A stretch of DNA of 64,000 nucleotides from an uncultured Candidatus Saccharibacteria bacterium (GTDB taxonomy: Bacteria > Patescibacteriota > Minisyncoccia > Phycocordibacterales > Zambryskibacteraceae), in assembly GCA_964349945.1 (NCBI GenBank), contig CAYGIH010000001.1:227718-291717 (forward strand), in the 5' to 3' direction. Below the pieces are notes generated by a model that did no database searches, had not been told where the DNA came from, and was given only the letters and a program-made list of their open reading frames with translations. Below, piece by piece: positions 37,189-45,907 of this stretch. How positions within the stretch are numbered: position 1 is the first letter of the stretch; each line of letters begins with the position of its first letter. Position numbers and translations under genes: made by a program.

Positions 37189-38394
37189 CTATTTTAAGTA
37201 TTTTTTCAAAAAACTATCTTTATACTCCTTGAAATTTCCATCCAAAATACTTTGTCTCATTTTCTTTACTAAATTTATTATAAAGTAGAGATTATGAATT
37301 GAACCAAGGGTAGCAAACAGCATCTCATGAGAACGATTAAGGTGAGATAAATATCCTAATGAATAGTTTTTACAAGTAGAACATCCACATTCTGGATCTA
37401 TTGGTCCTTGAGCATCTACAAATTTAGCATTACCTATATTAATAGTTCCATTATTTGTATACAAAGTTCCTCCGCGTGCTCGACGAGTAGGAGCCACACA
37501 ATCAAACAAATCCACTCCATTTTCTACACCCATAAACAAATCCTCCGGTTCCCCTATACCTAATAAATGTCTAGGTTTATCTTTGGGTAATATCTCATTC
37601 ACCCATTTGACCGCAGTACTCATATCTTCCTTGGCAAAACTGCCACCAATACCAAAACCATCAAAATCTAAACTAGAAATATATTCTGCAGATTTTTTTC
37701 TAAGTGATTCTTCCCTGCCACCCTGAACAACTCCAAACAATGCTTGTGTTTCTGCATTGGGTTTCGATTTATGATACTCCAAACTCTTCTTCGCCCATCT
37801 ATGTGTTCTATCTAAAGCCTCTTCTTGATATGCAAATTTTTCTGTTGGAGAAGTACATTCATCGAATGCAAATATGATATCTGCTCCGAGATTGTGCTGA
37901 ATCTCTATAGATTTCTCAGGAGTGATGTAGTGTAGAGAACCGTCAATATGTGAGCGAAAAGACACACCATCAGAACCAATGGTGGCCAAACGTGGAGCAT
38001 CTCCTTCATTTGAGCGTTCAGAGATAAGTAGTGATGGATCAGAAATAGACACTACTTTATTCAACGCCTTGCCATACGCAGCACCGAGTGAAAATACTTG
38101 GAAACCACCAGAATCAGTCATAAGTGGTCCATGCCAATTCATAAACTTATGTAAACCACCAAATTTTTTTACCCTCTTATCTCCTGGTTGAAGATAAAGA
38201 TGGTAGGTATTTGCAAGCACCACATCCGCTCCAGCTTTTAAAATATCTTCTGGACTAAGTGCTTTCACTGTTGCCTTGGTACCCACAGTCACAAACGCAG
38301 GAGTCAAAATATCTCCATGTGGAGTTTGAATTTTCCCCGCTCGACCCATTTCGCCATCGAGTTCTTTTTGGATAGTAAACTTTATTGGCTTCAC
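37189..38394 (-). CDS. tgt: Queuine tRNA-ribosyltransferase (tRNA-guanine transglycosylase)
   Basis: 'LMTDSGGFQVFSL', 'FDEC', and zinc site 'CGCSTCKNYSLGYLSHL'. Confidence 0.9.
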   Translation of the reverse strand: MKPIKFTIQKELDGEMGRAGKIQTPHGDILTPAFVTVGTKATVKALSPEDILKAGADVVLANTYHLYLQPGDKRVKKFGGLHKFMNWHGPLMTDSGGFQVFSLGAAYGKALNKVVSISDPSLLISERSNEGDAPRLATIGSDGVSFRSHIDGSLHYITPEKSIEIQHNLGADIIFAFDECTSPTEKFAYQEEALDRTHRWAKKSLEYHKSKPNAETQALFGVVQGGREESLRKKSAEYISSLDFDGFGIGGSFAKEDMSTAVKWVNEILPKDKPRHLLGIGEPEDLFMGVENGVDLFDCVAPTRRARGGTLYTNNGTINIGNAKFVDAQGPIDPECGCSTCKNYSLGYLSHLNRSHEMLFATLGSIHNLYFIINLVKKMRQSILDGNFKEYKDSFLKKYLK

Positions 38395-39411
38395 TTATCT
38401 CTTCGCTATTATAGATTTCTTATAAACATCCAAATGGTCAAGGGCTACACCAGTTCCTTTAGCAACACAATAAAGTGCATCTTTGGCTAAAACCGCTTTC
38501 ACTCCGGTTCTACGAAAAACTAATTCAGGAAGGTGTCTAAGCATTGAAGAACCACCAGTCATAATGATACCTCTATCAATAATATCTGAAGAAAGTTCTG
38601 GTGGAGTTTCTTGGAGAACATCTTTTATTGCCTTAATCATTTCTCTTAGCTCCTTACTTATTGCTTTAGTAATCTCGTTTGATTTTATTTCAATTGTTCT
38701 TGGGAGGCCTAAAACATAATCCCTACCCTTCACACTCATCACTAATTCCTCATCAATGGGCATAGCCGAACCAATTTTTATTTTTATATCTTCTGCGGTT
38801 TTATCACCGATTGCAAGATTATATGTTTTCTTTATATAGTCTGCGATAGCTAAATCAATTTTGTTGCCAGCCACTTTCACTGAGGTTGAAGCCACAATAC
38901 CTCCAAGAGAAATAACCGCCACGTCTGTGGTACCCCCTCCAATATCAACAATCATATGTCCAGCGGCCTCTTGGATAGGAATACCCGCACCTATCGCTGC
39001 GAGGATTGGCTCTTTCACCACATATGCATTTTTAGCTCCAGCTTTAATAGCTGCTTCTACTACCGCTCGTCGTTCCGTGGAAGTTACTCCAGCTGGCACA
39101 GAAATCAAAACATCTGGTTTGAAAATATTCCATTTACCTAATGCTTTGTTAATGTAATATCGAAGCATTGCTTCAGTCACTCTATAATCCGCAATAACTC
39201 CATCCTTCATAGGTCTATATGCCACAATGTTGTCTGGTGTCCTACCAATCATGGTCTTAGCTTCTGCACCTATAGCAAGTATTTTGTTGTCATCCTCAGA
39301 AACAGCCACCACAGAAGGCTCATTAAGAACAATGCCTACTCCAGGCACAAAAACGAGTATATTTGTAGTACCTAGGTCAATTCCTAGTTTTTTTGTCCCA
39401 AAAGCTGTCAT
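38395..39411 (-). CDS. mreB: Rod-shape determining actin homologue MreB
   Basis: '[14 protein letters not shown]', 'IVDIGGGTTDVAVIS'. Confidence 0.9.
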   Translation of the reverse strand: MTAFGTKKLGIDLGTTNILVFVPGVGIVLNEPSVVAVSEDDNKILAIGAEAKTMIGRTPDNIVAYRPMKDGVIADYRVTEAMLRYYINKALGKWNIFKPDVLISVPAGVTSTERRAVVEAAIKAGAKNAYVVKEPILAAIGAGIPIQEAAGHMIVDIGGGTTDVAVISLGGIVASTSVKVAGNKIDLAIADYIKKTYNLAIGDKTAEDIKIKIGSAMPIDEELVMSVKGRDYVLGLPRTIEIKSNEITKAISKELREMIKAIKDVLQETPPELSSDIIDRGIIMTGGSSMLRHLPELVFRRTGVKAVLAKDALYCVAKGTGVALDHLDVYKKSIIAKR

Positions 39412-39439
39412 TCCAATATGATACCGTTATAATAGCCTT

Positions 39440-41353
39440 ATGAAAAGAGAACGAAAAAGCGACGTACTTAAAGTAGTAACTGTCATCCCTGTGAGTAAAT
39501 CAATGCTTCGTTCGACCCTTTCTTACTTCACCAAAGATGATGTCTCTATCGGTTCATTTGTAAAAATTAGCATTAGAAATAAAACTAGTCTCGGTTTGGT
39601 GACGAATGTGGCTAGCGCAAGATCAGTAAAATCTGACTTGAAAAATTCCTCCTTTGCACTAAAGAAATTATCAAAAGGAAACTCTGCAAAACTTTCTGCT
39701 GGGTTTATTAAAGCTTGCGAACAAACTGCCTTTTATTATGCAACCACGACTGGAAGCGTCCTTAGTACTATATTACCTAAATTTTTTCTTGAATTTCCTG
39801 AACTTATCCAAAGTTACAAAAAAAATGAAAATAAATCAGATACATTGCATGAACCTTATCTAATTCAATTACCACTAGAAGAAAGATTTGGCGAGTATAA
39901 AACTATAATTCGTGAATCATTTGCACGGAGCAGTTCTGTACTATTCATTGCTCCCACTATTGAGGAAGCTCAAAGATCATATGAAATCTTATCCAAAGGT
40001 ATACATGAGTACGCTTTCACTACCGTTGGCCAAAGCCAGAAAAAACTAAAAGAAATATTTATTGAATGTCACAAAGAGAAACACCCAATTATGCTTATTA
40101 CTACTCCGTCTTATGGGGCATTTGATAGACCAGACTTAAATACTATCATTCTAGAAAGAGAAAATTCTCGGTCATATAAAACTCTTTCTAAACCATATAT
40201 AGACATAAAAACATTTTTTGAAATGCTGGCCAAGGAAACTGGCAAGACACTAATTCTCGGTGATTCTGTACTATCTATAAAATCCCTTTGGTTAGAAAAG
40301 CAAGGCAAGTTTGCTGAGTTGTCTCCATTGAAATGGAAAACTCGCTTTGATACACAGACAAGGATAATAGATATGAAGGCACCACTCATTAGTGAAGATG
40401 AGGTTCAAAAATTTAGAATACTTTCAAAGGAAATTATTGAACTTATTAATAAGTCTATTAGTGAGAAAAAAAAAGTTTTTCTCTTCGGAACTCGTAAGGG
40501 ATTGGCTCCATCAACAATATGTGTTGATTGTGGAAATTTACTTGAATGTTCAAATTGCAAAGCGCCTTTGGTACTCCATGAGAGCAAGGGAAAGGAGAGA
40601 ATTTATCTTTGTCATGCCTGTGGAGCCAAAAGAACTTCTGAGACCAGATGCGACAAATGCAATAGTTGGAATTTGAATCCATTGGGAATAGGTATAGATA
40701 AAATTGCGAACGAAGTTAGAAATGAATTTCCCACAGCAAATGTGTATGTCTTAGACAAAGATAAAGCCACCACACCTCAAAAAGCTTCAGCAATTATTAA
40801 TAAATTTCTAAATGATGACCACGGTATACTCGTGGGAACTGAATTAGCTCTACTTTATACAGAGAAAGTTCCTTATGTGGGTGTAATATCACTTGATTCA
40901 TTATTTTCTATCCCAGATTTTAGTGTTAATGAAAGAATATTTTATTTAGTAAACAGAATCATAGAAAAATGCGAATCTCAATTTATAATTCAAACAAGAA
41001 ATATTGGACGAGAAATCCTTAGTCTAGCTACCAGAGGTGACATTCTCGAGTTTTATAGAAAAGAAATTCAAGAAAGGGATGAATTACAATATCCACCCAT
41101 CTCTCTATTCATTAAGGTTATCACTGAAGGTGCATCAATAGATCTAGAAAAAAAATCTATCTTCCTGCTTCAATGTTTTGGTGAACACAATCCAGATTTT
41201 ATTAAATCGAAGGGTATGAAAAGTGGCAAAATTAGCCTTTCGATGATCATTAGATTAAAGCGCGGTGATTGGCCAAATAAAGACTTGATTGAAAAATTAC
41301 TTTTGCTAAGTCCTGAATTTTTGATTAAAGTAGACCCTGAAAGCATCATATGA
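39440..41353 (+). CDS. PriA-like primosomal helicase homologue with degenerate Walker A/B but intact Cys-rich zinc-ribbon region
   Basis: Cys-rich region 'CVDCGNLLECSNCKAPLVLH...LCHACGAKRTSETRCDKCNS' matches the PriA lobe-2 insert. Motif Ia-like 'VLFIAPTIEEAQ'. Walker A position reads 'FGEYKT' (no GxGKT), and the DEEH-box position reads 'ERENSRSYK'. Confidence 0.6.
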   Translation: MKRERKSDVLKVVTVIPVSKSMLRSTLSYFTKDDVSIGSFVKISIRNKTSLGLVTNVASARSVKSDLKNSSFALKKLSKGNSAKLSAGFIKACEQTAFYYATTTGSVLSTILPKFFLEFPELIQSYKKNENKSDTLHEPYLIQLPLEERFGEYKTIIRESFARSSSVLFIAPTIEEAQRSYEILSKGIHEYAFTTVGQSQKKLKEIFIECHKEKHPIMLITTPSYGAFDRPDLNTIILERENSRSYKTLSKPYIDIKTFFEMLAKETGKTLILGDSVLSIKSLWLEKQGKFAELSPLKWKTRFDTQTRIIDMKAPLISEDEVQKFRILSKEIIELINKSISEKKKVFLFGTRKGLAPSTICVDCGNLLECSNCKAPLVLHESKGKERIYLCHACGAKRTSETRCDKCNSWNLNPLGIGIDKIANEVRNEFPTANVYVLDKDKATTPQKASAIINKFLNDDHGILVGTELALLYTEKVPYVGVISLDSLFSIPDFSVNERIFYLVNRIIEKCESQFIIQTRNIGREILSLATRGDILEFYRKEIQERDELQYPPISLFIKVITEGASIDLEKKSIFLLQCFGEHNPDFIKSKGMKSGKISLSMIIRLKRGDWPNKDLIEKLLLLSPEFLIKVDPESII

Positions 41354-41886
41354 AAACCTTAATCAAGCAAATGACGGCACCTGTTCTGAGAGAGCAAGCA
41401 AAACACGTCAAAATAGAAGAGATAAAAACCAAAAAAATCCAAACAATTTTGGATAAGATGAAAAGCGCCCTCAAAAAGGAGGAGGATGGCGTGGCTATAG
41501 CCGCGCCCCAAATAGGAGAAGGTTTACGAATTTTTATAATTAGTGGTCGAACAATTTCGATTATAAATAACGAAGGTGAAGATATAGACAAAAATATCAT
41601 ATACCCCGATCAAGTTTTCATAAATCCAATAATTAAAAAACTATCAAAAACAAAGAAGAAAATGGAGGAAGGATGTCTTTCTGTTAGGTGGTTATATGGA
41701 CAAGTAGAGAGAAGTACAAAAGCCACAATAGAAGCCTATGATGAACACGGTAAAAAGTTTCAGAAAGGAGCCTCTGGACTAATGGCTCAAATATTTCAAC
41801 ATGAAGTAGATCACTTGAACGGTATACTTTTTATTGATAAAGCAGAAAATATAGAGAATATTCCTCCACAAAAAAATGCAAAATAA
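41350..41886 (+). CDS. def: Peptide deformylase
   Basis: 'GVAIAAPQIG', 'EGCLSV', 'QHEVDHLNG' motifs. Confidence 0.92.
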   Translation: MKTLIKQMTAPVLREQAKHVKIEEIKTKKIQTILDKMKSALKKEEDGVAIAAPQIGEGLRIFIISGRTISIINNEGEDIDKNIIYPDQVFINPIIKKLSKTKKKMEEGCLSVRWLYGQVERSTKATIEAYDEHGKKFQKGASGLMAQIFQHEVDHLNGILFIDKAENIENIPPQKNAK

Positions 41887-42619
41887 TATTCGTTTTATTT
41901 ATTTTGGTTCATCAGAATTTTCTAAACATGTTTTAAACGAACTTGAAGCCAAAGGGTTAGTGCCGGTTTTGTCCATTACTTCTGCTCATGAACCATTGGA
42001 TAAAGAAAAGCTTGAATCAATGAAAGCTGACGTATTTATAGTGGCTTCTTTTGGGAAAATCCTCCCTGATTGGCTCATATATATGCCGAAGTTTAAGACC
42101 TTGAATGTTCATCCATCTCTCCTCCCTAAACTTCGTGGCCCCTCACCTATTCAGGGAGCAATTTTATCTGAAGAAAAAACCGGTGTTACTATACAGAGAA
42201 TAAATGAAAGGATGGATGAAGGACCGATTATTGCTCAAAGAGAAGTGGAACTATCAAGCAACATTGGTTATATAGAAGCAGAAAAAATATTGGCTAAAGT
42301 TGGAGGAGAAATGCTTATAGAAATTTTACCTAAATATATAAGTGGTGAAATAAAAGAAGTTGAACAATCGAGTGAAGGTGCTACTTACACAAAGATGATA
42401 AGGAAGGAAGATGCTGACATCTCAAATGACTCTGCAGAAATTGCTCTAAGAAAAGTCCGTGCATATGAAGTTTGGCCCAGAGCTCGCAAGGGAGAATTAG
42501 TTATCACTAAAGCCCATATTGAGGGTGACAAATTCATGCCAGACAGAGTTATTCCTCCGGGTAAGAAAGAGATGGATTATAAAGATTATCTTCGAGGCAA
42601 CCCAAAAGTAATTTTATAA
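41876..42619 (+). CDS. fmt: Methionyl-tRNA formyltransferase (compact)
   Basis: 'LNVHPSLLPKLRGPSPIQGAIL' formyltransferase core. Follows def. Confidence 0.85.
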   Translation: MQNNIRFIYFGSSEFSKHVLNELEAKGLVPVLSITSAHEPLDKEKLESMKADVFIVASFGKILPDWLIYMPKFKTLNVHPSLLPKLRGPSPIQGAILSEEKTGVTIQRINERMDEGPIIAQREVELSSNIGYIEAEKILAKVGGEMLIEILPKYISGEIKEVEQSSEGATYTKMIRKEDADISNDSAEIALRKVRAYEVWPRARKGELVITKAHIEGDKFMPDRVIPPGKKEMDYKDYLRGNPKVIL

Positions 42620-42628
42620 AAGTAATAA

Positions 42629-42840
42629 GCGCCCACTCGTGAGAGGGGCGCTGCAATAATAATAATTATGTGTGTCAGTGACCGAAGTCACAGAAAGAGC
42701 GAGTGGTAGTGCGGTGTTCGCTGACACCGCACTACCCGGCGACCCATCGACTATACTTCAGTCCGCGCCTAGGCGTAATGCTACTACGGCTGGCCATGAG
42801 AGGGTCACCGAAACCATCCAAGTGAGGTAATTTTCACCCC
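42629..42840. ncRNA. Candidate structured RNA: GC-rich, hairpin-dense intergenic region between convergent fmt and hpf; class unassigned
   Basis: GCGCCC...GGGCGC hairpin (42629..42651). Perfect 12-bp hairpin GTAGTGCGGTGT-ucgcug-ACACCGCACTAC (42706..42735). GC far above background; no ORF. Confidence 0.3.
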
Positions 42841-42926
42841 ACTCCTCAAGTATACACCTTTCATGGGTTTTGTCAAGCACTTCTATTGATATGTGAAAAT
42901 AGGCCTATTTTGAGCCATTTTACAGA

Positions 42927-43322
42927 CTAAAGCTTTGGTTTTCTAAAACGCTTTAATGCCCATGGGAAATCTTTCATTAAATCTTTGATAGCTCTCTGCC
43001 CACGACGAAGTAGTTTGAGTCTTCTACTCTTCCCTTGTACTAATTCTCTCTGTACATCTGCCTCTACGAGGTCTATGGCCGCATATAAATCTTCGGCTTC
43101 AGCTACTGAATATATATCGAGCCCTCCACCAGTAACATTTACCTCTGCCTTAAACACATCACCTCCTTTATGATGTTTTGTTGTCTTCCCTACTTCAATT
43201 CTAAATATTACTCCATCGGATCTTTTGTCTACAAACTTCTCAAGGGTTTTAATTTTCTTAGTAGCATAATCTGTAATTGCGTCCGTTAACTCTATTCCTG
43301 TTCCCTTGAGATTTATTTTCAT
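42927..43322 (-). CDS. hpf: Ribosome hibernation promoting factor (HPF/RaiA family)
   Basis: 'MKINLKGTGIELTDAITDYATKKI' S30AE family N-terminus. Confidence 0.85.
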   Translation of the reverse strand: MKINLKGTGIELTDAITDYATKKIKTLEKFVDKRSDGVIFRIEVGKTTKHHKGGDVFKAEVNVTGGGLDIYSVAEAEDLYAAIDLVEADVQRELVQGKSRRLKLLRRGQRAIKDLMKDFPWALKRFRKPKL

Positions 43323-43379
43323 GAAGTTTTTACAAATTACTTTTAATACTCACATTATACTATGCACCTCACATTTAAA

Positions 43380-43778
43380 TCATTCTGTAGTCACACCATC
43401 AAATTCTGGTCCATTGGCCTCTGCTTCGGCCTTAGTTAATCTCACCACACCATCTTTATGATGTGCTGGTGAATATATCGTGTAAAGCTTTAAGTCTTCT
43501 GTTGTAGAAGTATTTATAACATTATGCTTTGCTCCAAAAGGTACCACTATGGCTGAACCGTCACTTAGTTCGTATTCGTTTCCATCAATAATACATTTAC
43601 CGCTTCCCTTTTCTATTCTAAAAAACTGGTCATTTTCTGTATGAATTTCTTCTCCAATTTCTTCTTGGGGTTTCAAATTCATCAATACTAACTGACTATG
43701 TTTACCTGTATAGAGCACTTTTCTAAAGTTGCTATTCTCTAACGTGTCGTTTTCTATATTTGAGTGAAAGCCTTTCAT
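43380..43778 (-). CDS. Cupin-fold protein
   Basis: 'IVVPFGAKHNVINTS' cupin motif-2-like region. 132 aa. Confidence 0.5.
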   Translation of the reverse strand: MKGFHSNIENDTLENSNFRKVLYTGKHSQLVLMNLKPQEEIGEEIHTENDQFFRIEKGSGKCIIDGNEYELSDGSAIVVPFGAKHNVINTSTTEDLKLYTIYSPAHHKDGVVRLTKAEAEANGPEFDGVTTE

Positions 43779-43819
43779 ATTTTTATTATTTATTCTTATT
43801 ATTATTTATTCTTATTATA

Positions 43820-44902
43820 CTACTTTCCCTGTCCGTAATACTTCTTCAGTTGCTTCACGTGGTCAGCATAGGTATCTGAACAATGAAATCCTCCTCTTCT
43901 ATCATGAAAATAGAACAGACAAGTAGTTTTAATGGGATTAAGAGCAGCAAGGATAGCAGCCACAGAAGGGTTGGCTATGGGGGCTGGAGGCAATCCAGAA
44001 TTCAAATAAGTATTATACGGTGACTTTATATATTTATCTTTGGATAAAACAGTTGGCCACCAGATTGAAGTGCTCTTGCTACTGGCCCTTGCATATTGGA
44101 GAGTAGCGTCTATCTGTAGATTCATACCTTTAAAGATTCTGTTCCAAATAATGCCTGATATTTCTCTCATGTCTTCTGTGCCCAAAGTCTCTCTTTCTAT
44201 AAGTGACGCGATTGTTAAGGCGGTTTTGAGTGGCACAATTTTCTCTACAGATGCACCATAGTGAGAAAGTACTTCTTCGCTGAATCTTTTATTTACTAAC
44301 TCTTGCGCTTGTTCTGGGGTTGTACCAAGATTAACTAAATATGTTTCTGGGAAAAAAGAACCCTCAATATGCGGTAGCAAGGAACCACTCGGCGCTGTCA
44401 AAAAATTAGTTCTATCATCCGTATCCCAAGAAAGGGCCTTAGAGAATAAATTCGCAACTTGTTCTTTTCTTAGACCGGGTGTAATGGTGACTAGTTTGCC
44501 TCCTCCAGCGAATGCCAGATTTTGATACACGGACGTGTTTGCTAAGGCTATTGAAATCCATTTATATATATCCCCGACCGTTTCAGAAATATTAAAAACC
44601 GAGGCTTGAAGTGGAGAATCTGGACTAGTTAAATACTGATTAACTAACTCGTTCTCTGTTATAGTTTTATTTTGAGGGTCCACAGTTACTGGGAATTGAC
44701 TCTGTATGTTTGAGGCTCTTCGTTCTTGCCAATATTTAACTTGAACAATAAACACTGCGGGCAGAACCAGGATTAAACATCCAACTATGAATAATGCAAT
44801 AAATGTCTTGCGAAATTTCTTTATTGAAGCATTAAAATTATTTAATACCATGATCTTTATAATTATAATCATATTTGCTTGAATCACTAAATTTGATATC
44901 AT
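43820..44902 (-). CDS. mltG: Endolytic murein transglycosylase MltG (YceG)
   Basis: N-terminal TM helix. 'YNTYLNSGLPPAPIANPSVAAILAALNP...YFHDRRGGFHCSDTYADH' canonical MltG motifs. Confidence 0.85.
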   Translation of the reverse strand: MISNLVIQANMIIIIKIMVLNNFNASIKKFRKTFIALFIVGCLILVLPAVFIVQVKYWQERRASNIQSQFPVTVDPQNKTITENELVNQYLTSPDSPLQASVFNISETVGDIYKWISIALANTSVYQNLAFAGGGKLVTITPGLRKEQVANLFSKALSWDTDDRTNFLTAPSGSLLPHIEGSFFPETYLVNLGTTPEQAQELVNKRFSEEVLSHYGASVEKIVPLKTALTIASLIERETLGTEDMREISGIIWNRIFKGMNLQIDATLQYARASSKSTSIWWPTVLSKDKYIKSPYNTYLNSGLPPAPIANPSVAAILAALNPIKTTCLFYFHDRRGGFHCSDTYADHVKQLKKYYGQGK

Positions 44903-44910
44903 CAGAACAT

Positions 44911-44983
44911 TCCGCGTTAGCTCAGTCGGTAGAGCGCCTCCCTGTTAAGGAGGATGTCCTAGGTTCGAGCCCTAGACGCGGAG
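44911..44983 (+). tRNA. tRNA-Asn (anticodon GUU)
   Basis: Acceptor UCCGCGU/ACGCGGA, D-arm GCUCAGUCGGUAGAGC, anticodon loop CUGUUAA, T-arm CUAGGUUCGAGCCCUAG. Confidence 0.85.
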
Positions 44984-45029
44984 CATTATATATGTGGGTG
45001 GAATTCTGACTTTTTGATATACTACAAGT

Positions 45030-45575
45030 ATGAAAACACTCTTTAAAATAATCGTTGTTGTCCTAATAGTTCTGGGTATTTGGTTTCTTTATAATAAAAC
45101 ATCAAACGCCCCAACTTCAGACGATATAGTAAATCAAGCCTTACTAACTCACCCTGACCCATCCAATGCTACCTTTGAATTTGAGGATGAATCCGTAACA
45201 TTAAAAAATGGGATTCACGAAGGGAAGATTGAAAATAGTTCTGCCACCGTTGAAACAACATTATTAGATGTAATTGGTTACGGTGACCTAAACAATGACA
45301 AAAAGGAGGATGCAGTTGTAGTACTTCTTCAAGATGGCGCTGGTTCAGGATTATTTGTATACGTTGCCGGTTACGTTTCTGCGCCACTAAATTACATTGG
45401 TTCAAATGCTCTATTTATTGGTGATAGAATAGAACCAAAATCTATTGCTATTAAGAATGAATTAATTACTCTCACTTATTTAGACAGAAAAGCAAATGAG
45501 CCAATGTCTGCAGAGCCGACTGTTATGAAAACAAAGAATTATAAGTATACAAAGGGAACGTTGGCTGAAATATAA
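45030..45575 (+). CDS. Hypothetical secreted or membrane-anchored protein (181 aa)
   Basis: N-terminal hydrophobic segment 'LFKIIVVVLIVLGIWFLY'. Confidence 0.45.
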   Translation: MKTLFKIIVVVLIVLGIWFLYNKTSNAPTSDDIVNQALLTHPDPSNATFEFEDESVTLKNGIHEGKIENSSATVETTLLDVIGYGDLNNDKKEDAVVVLLQDGAGSGLFVYVAGYVSAPLNYIGSNALFIGDRIEPKSIAIKNELITLTYLDRKANEPMSAEPTVMKTKNYKYTKGTLAEI

Positions 45576-45907
45576 TAAACCAAAAGCCTCCGCATTTAGC
45601 GAAAGGCCTTGGTGTTGCAGCTCACCCCTCTTAGGAAGCGACCACTTTAATTAAATTATTATTGTCTCTAATCAGGTTCATAACTCCCGACAAAACGAGA
45701 CTTTTATCTATTGTTGGTGCTCCTCACAAGGACTGAGGTATCTTAATTGTTGACCCTATACAATATAAGTCAATGTAGTGCAACTAGTCATTTGGTGCAA
45801 AACCTGTGCACTAATTGTGGGTAAGTAGAGAAAATAGTGGAAAATTTGATTGCCTATTTCTTTTTTTTATGCTTTAATTGTTTCTCTCGGCACTAGCCGT
45901 TTTTATT

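Noticed and set aside
45590-45880. About 300-bp moderately GC-rich leader upstream of typA (possible riboswitch or tRNA-like element)
   Set aside because: No convincing cloverleaf (candidate anticodon stem has A at position 33) or terminator/antiterminator pair. Insufficient evidence.
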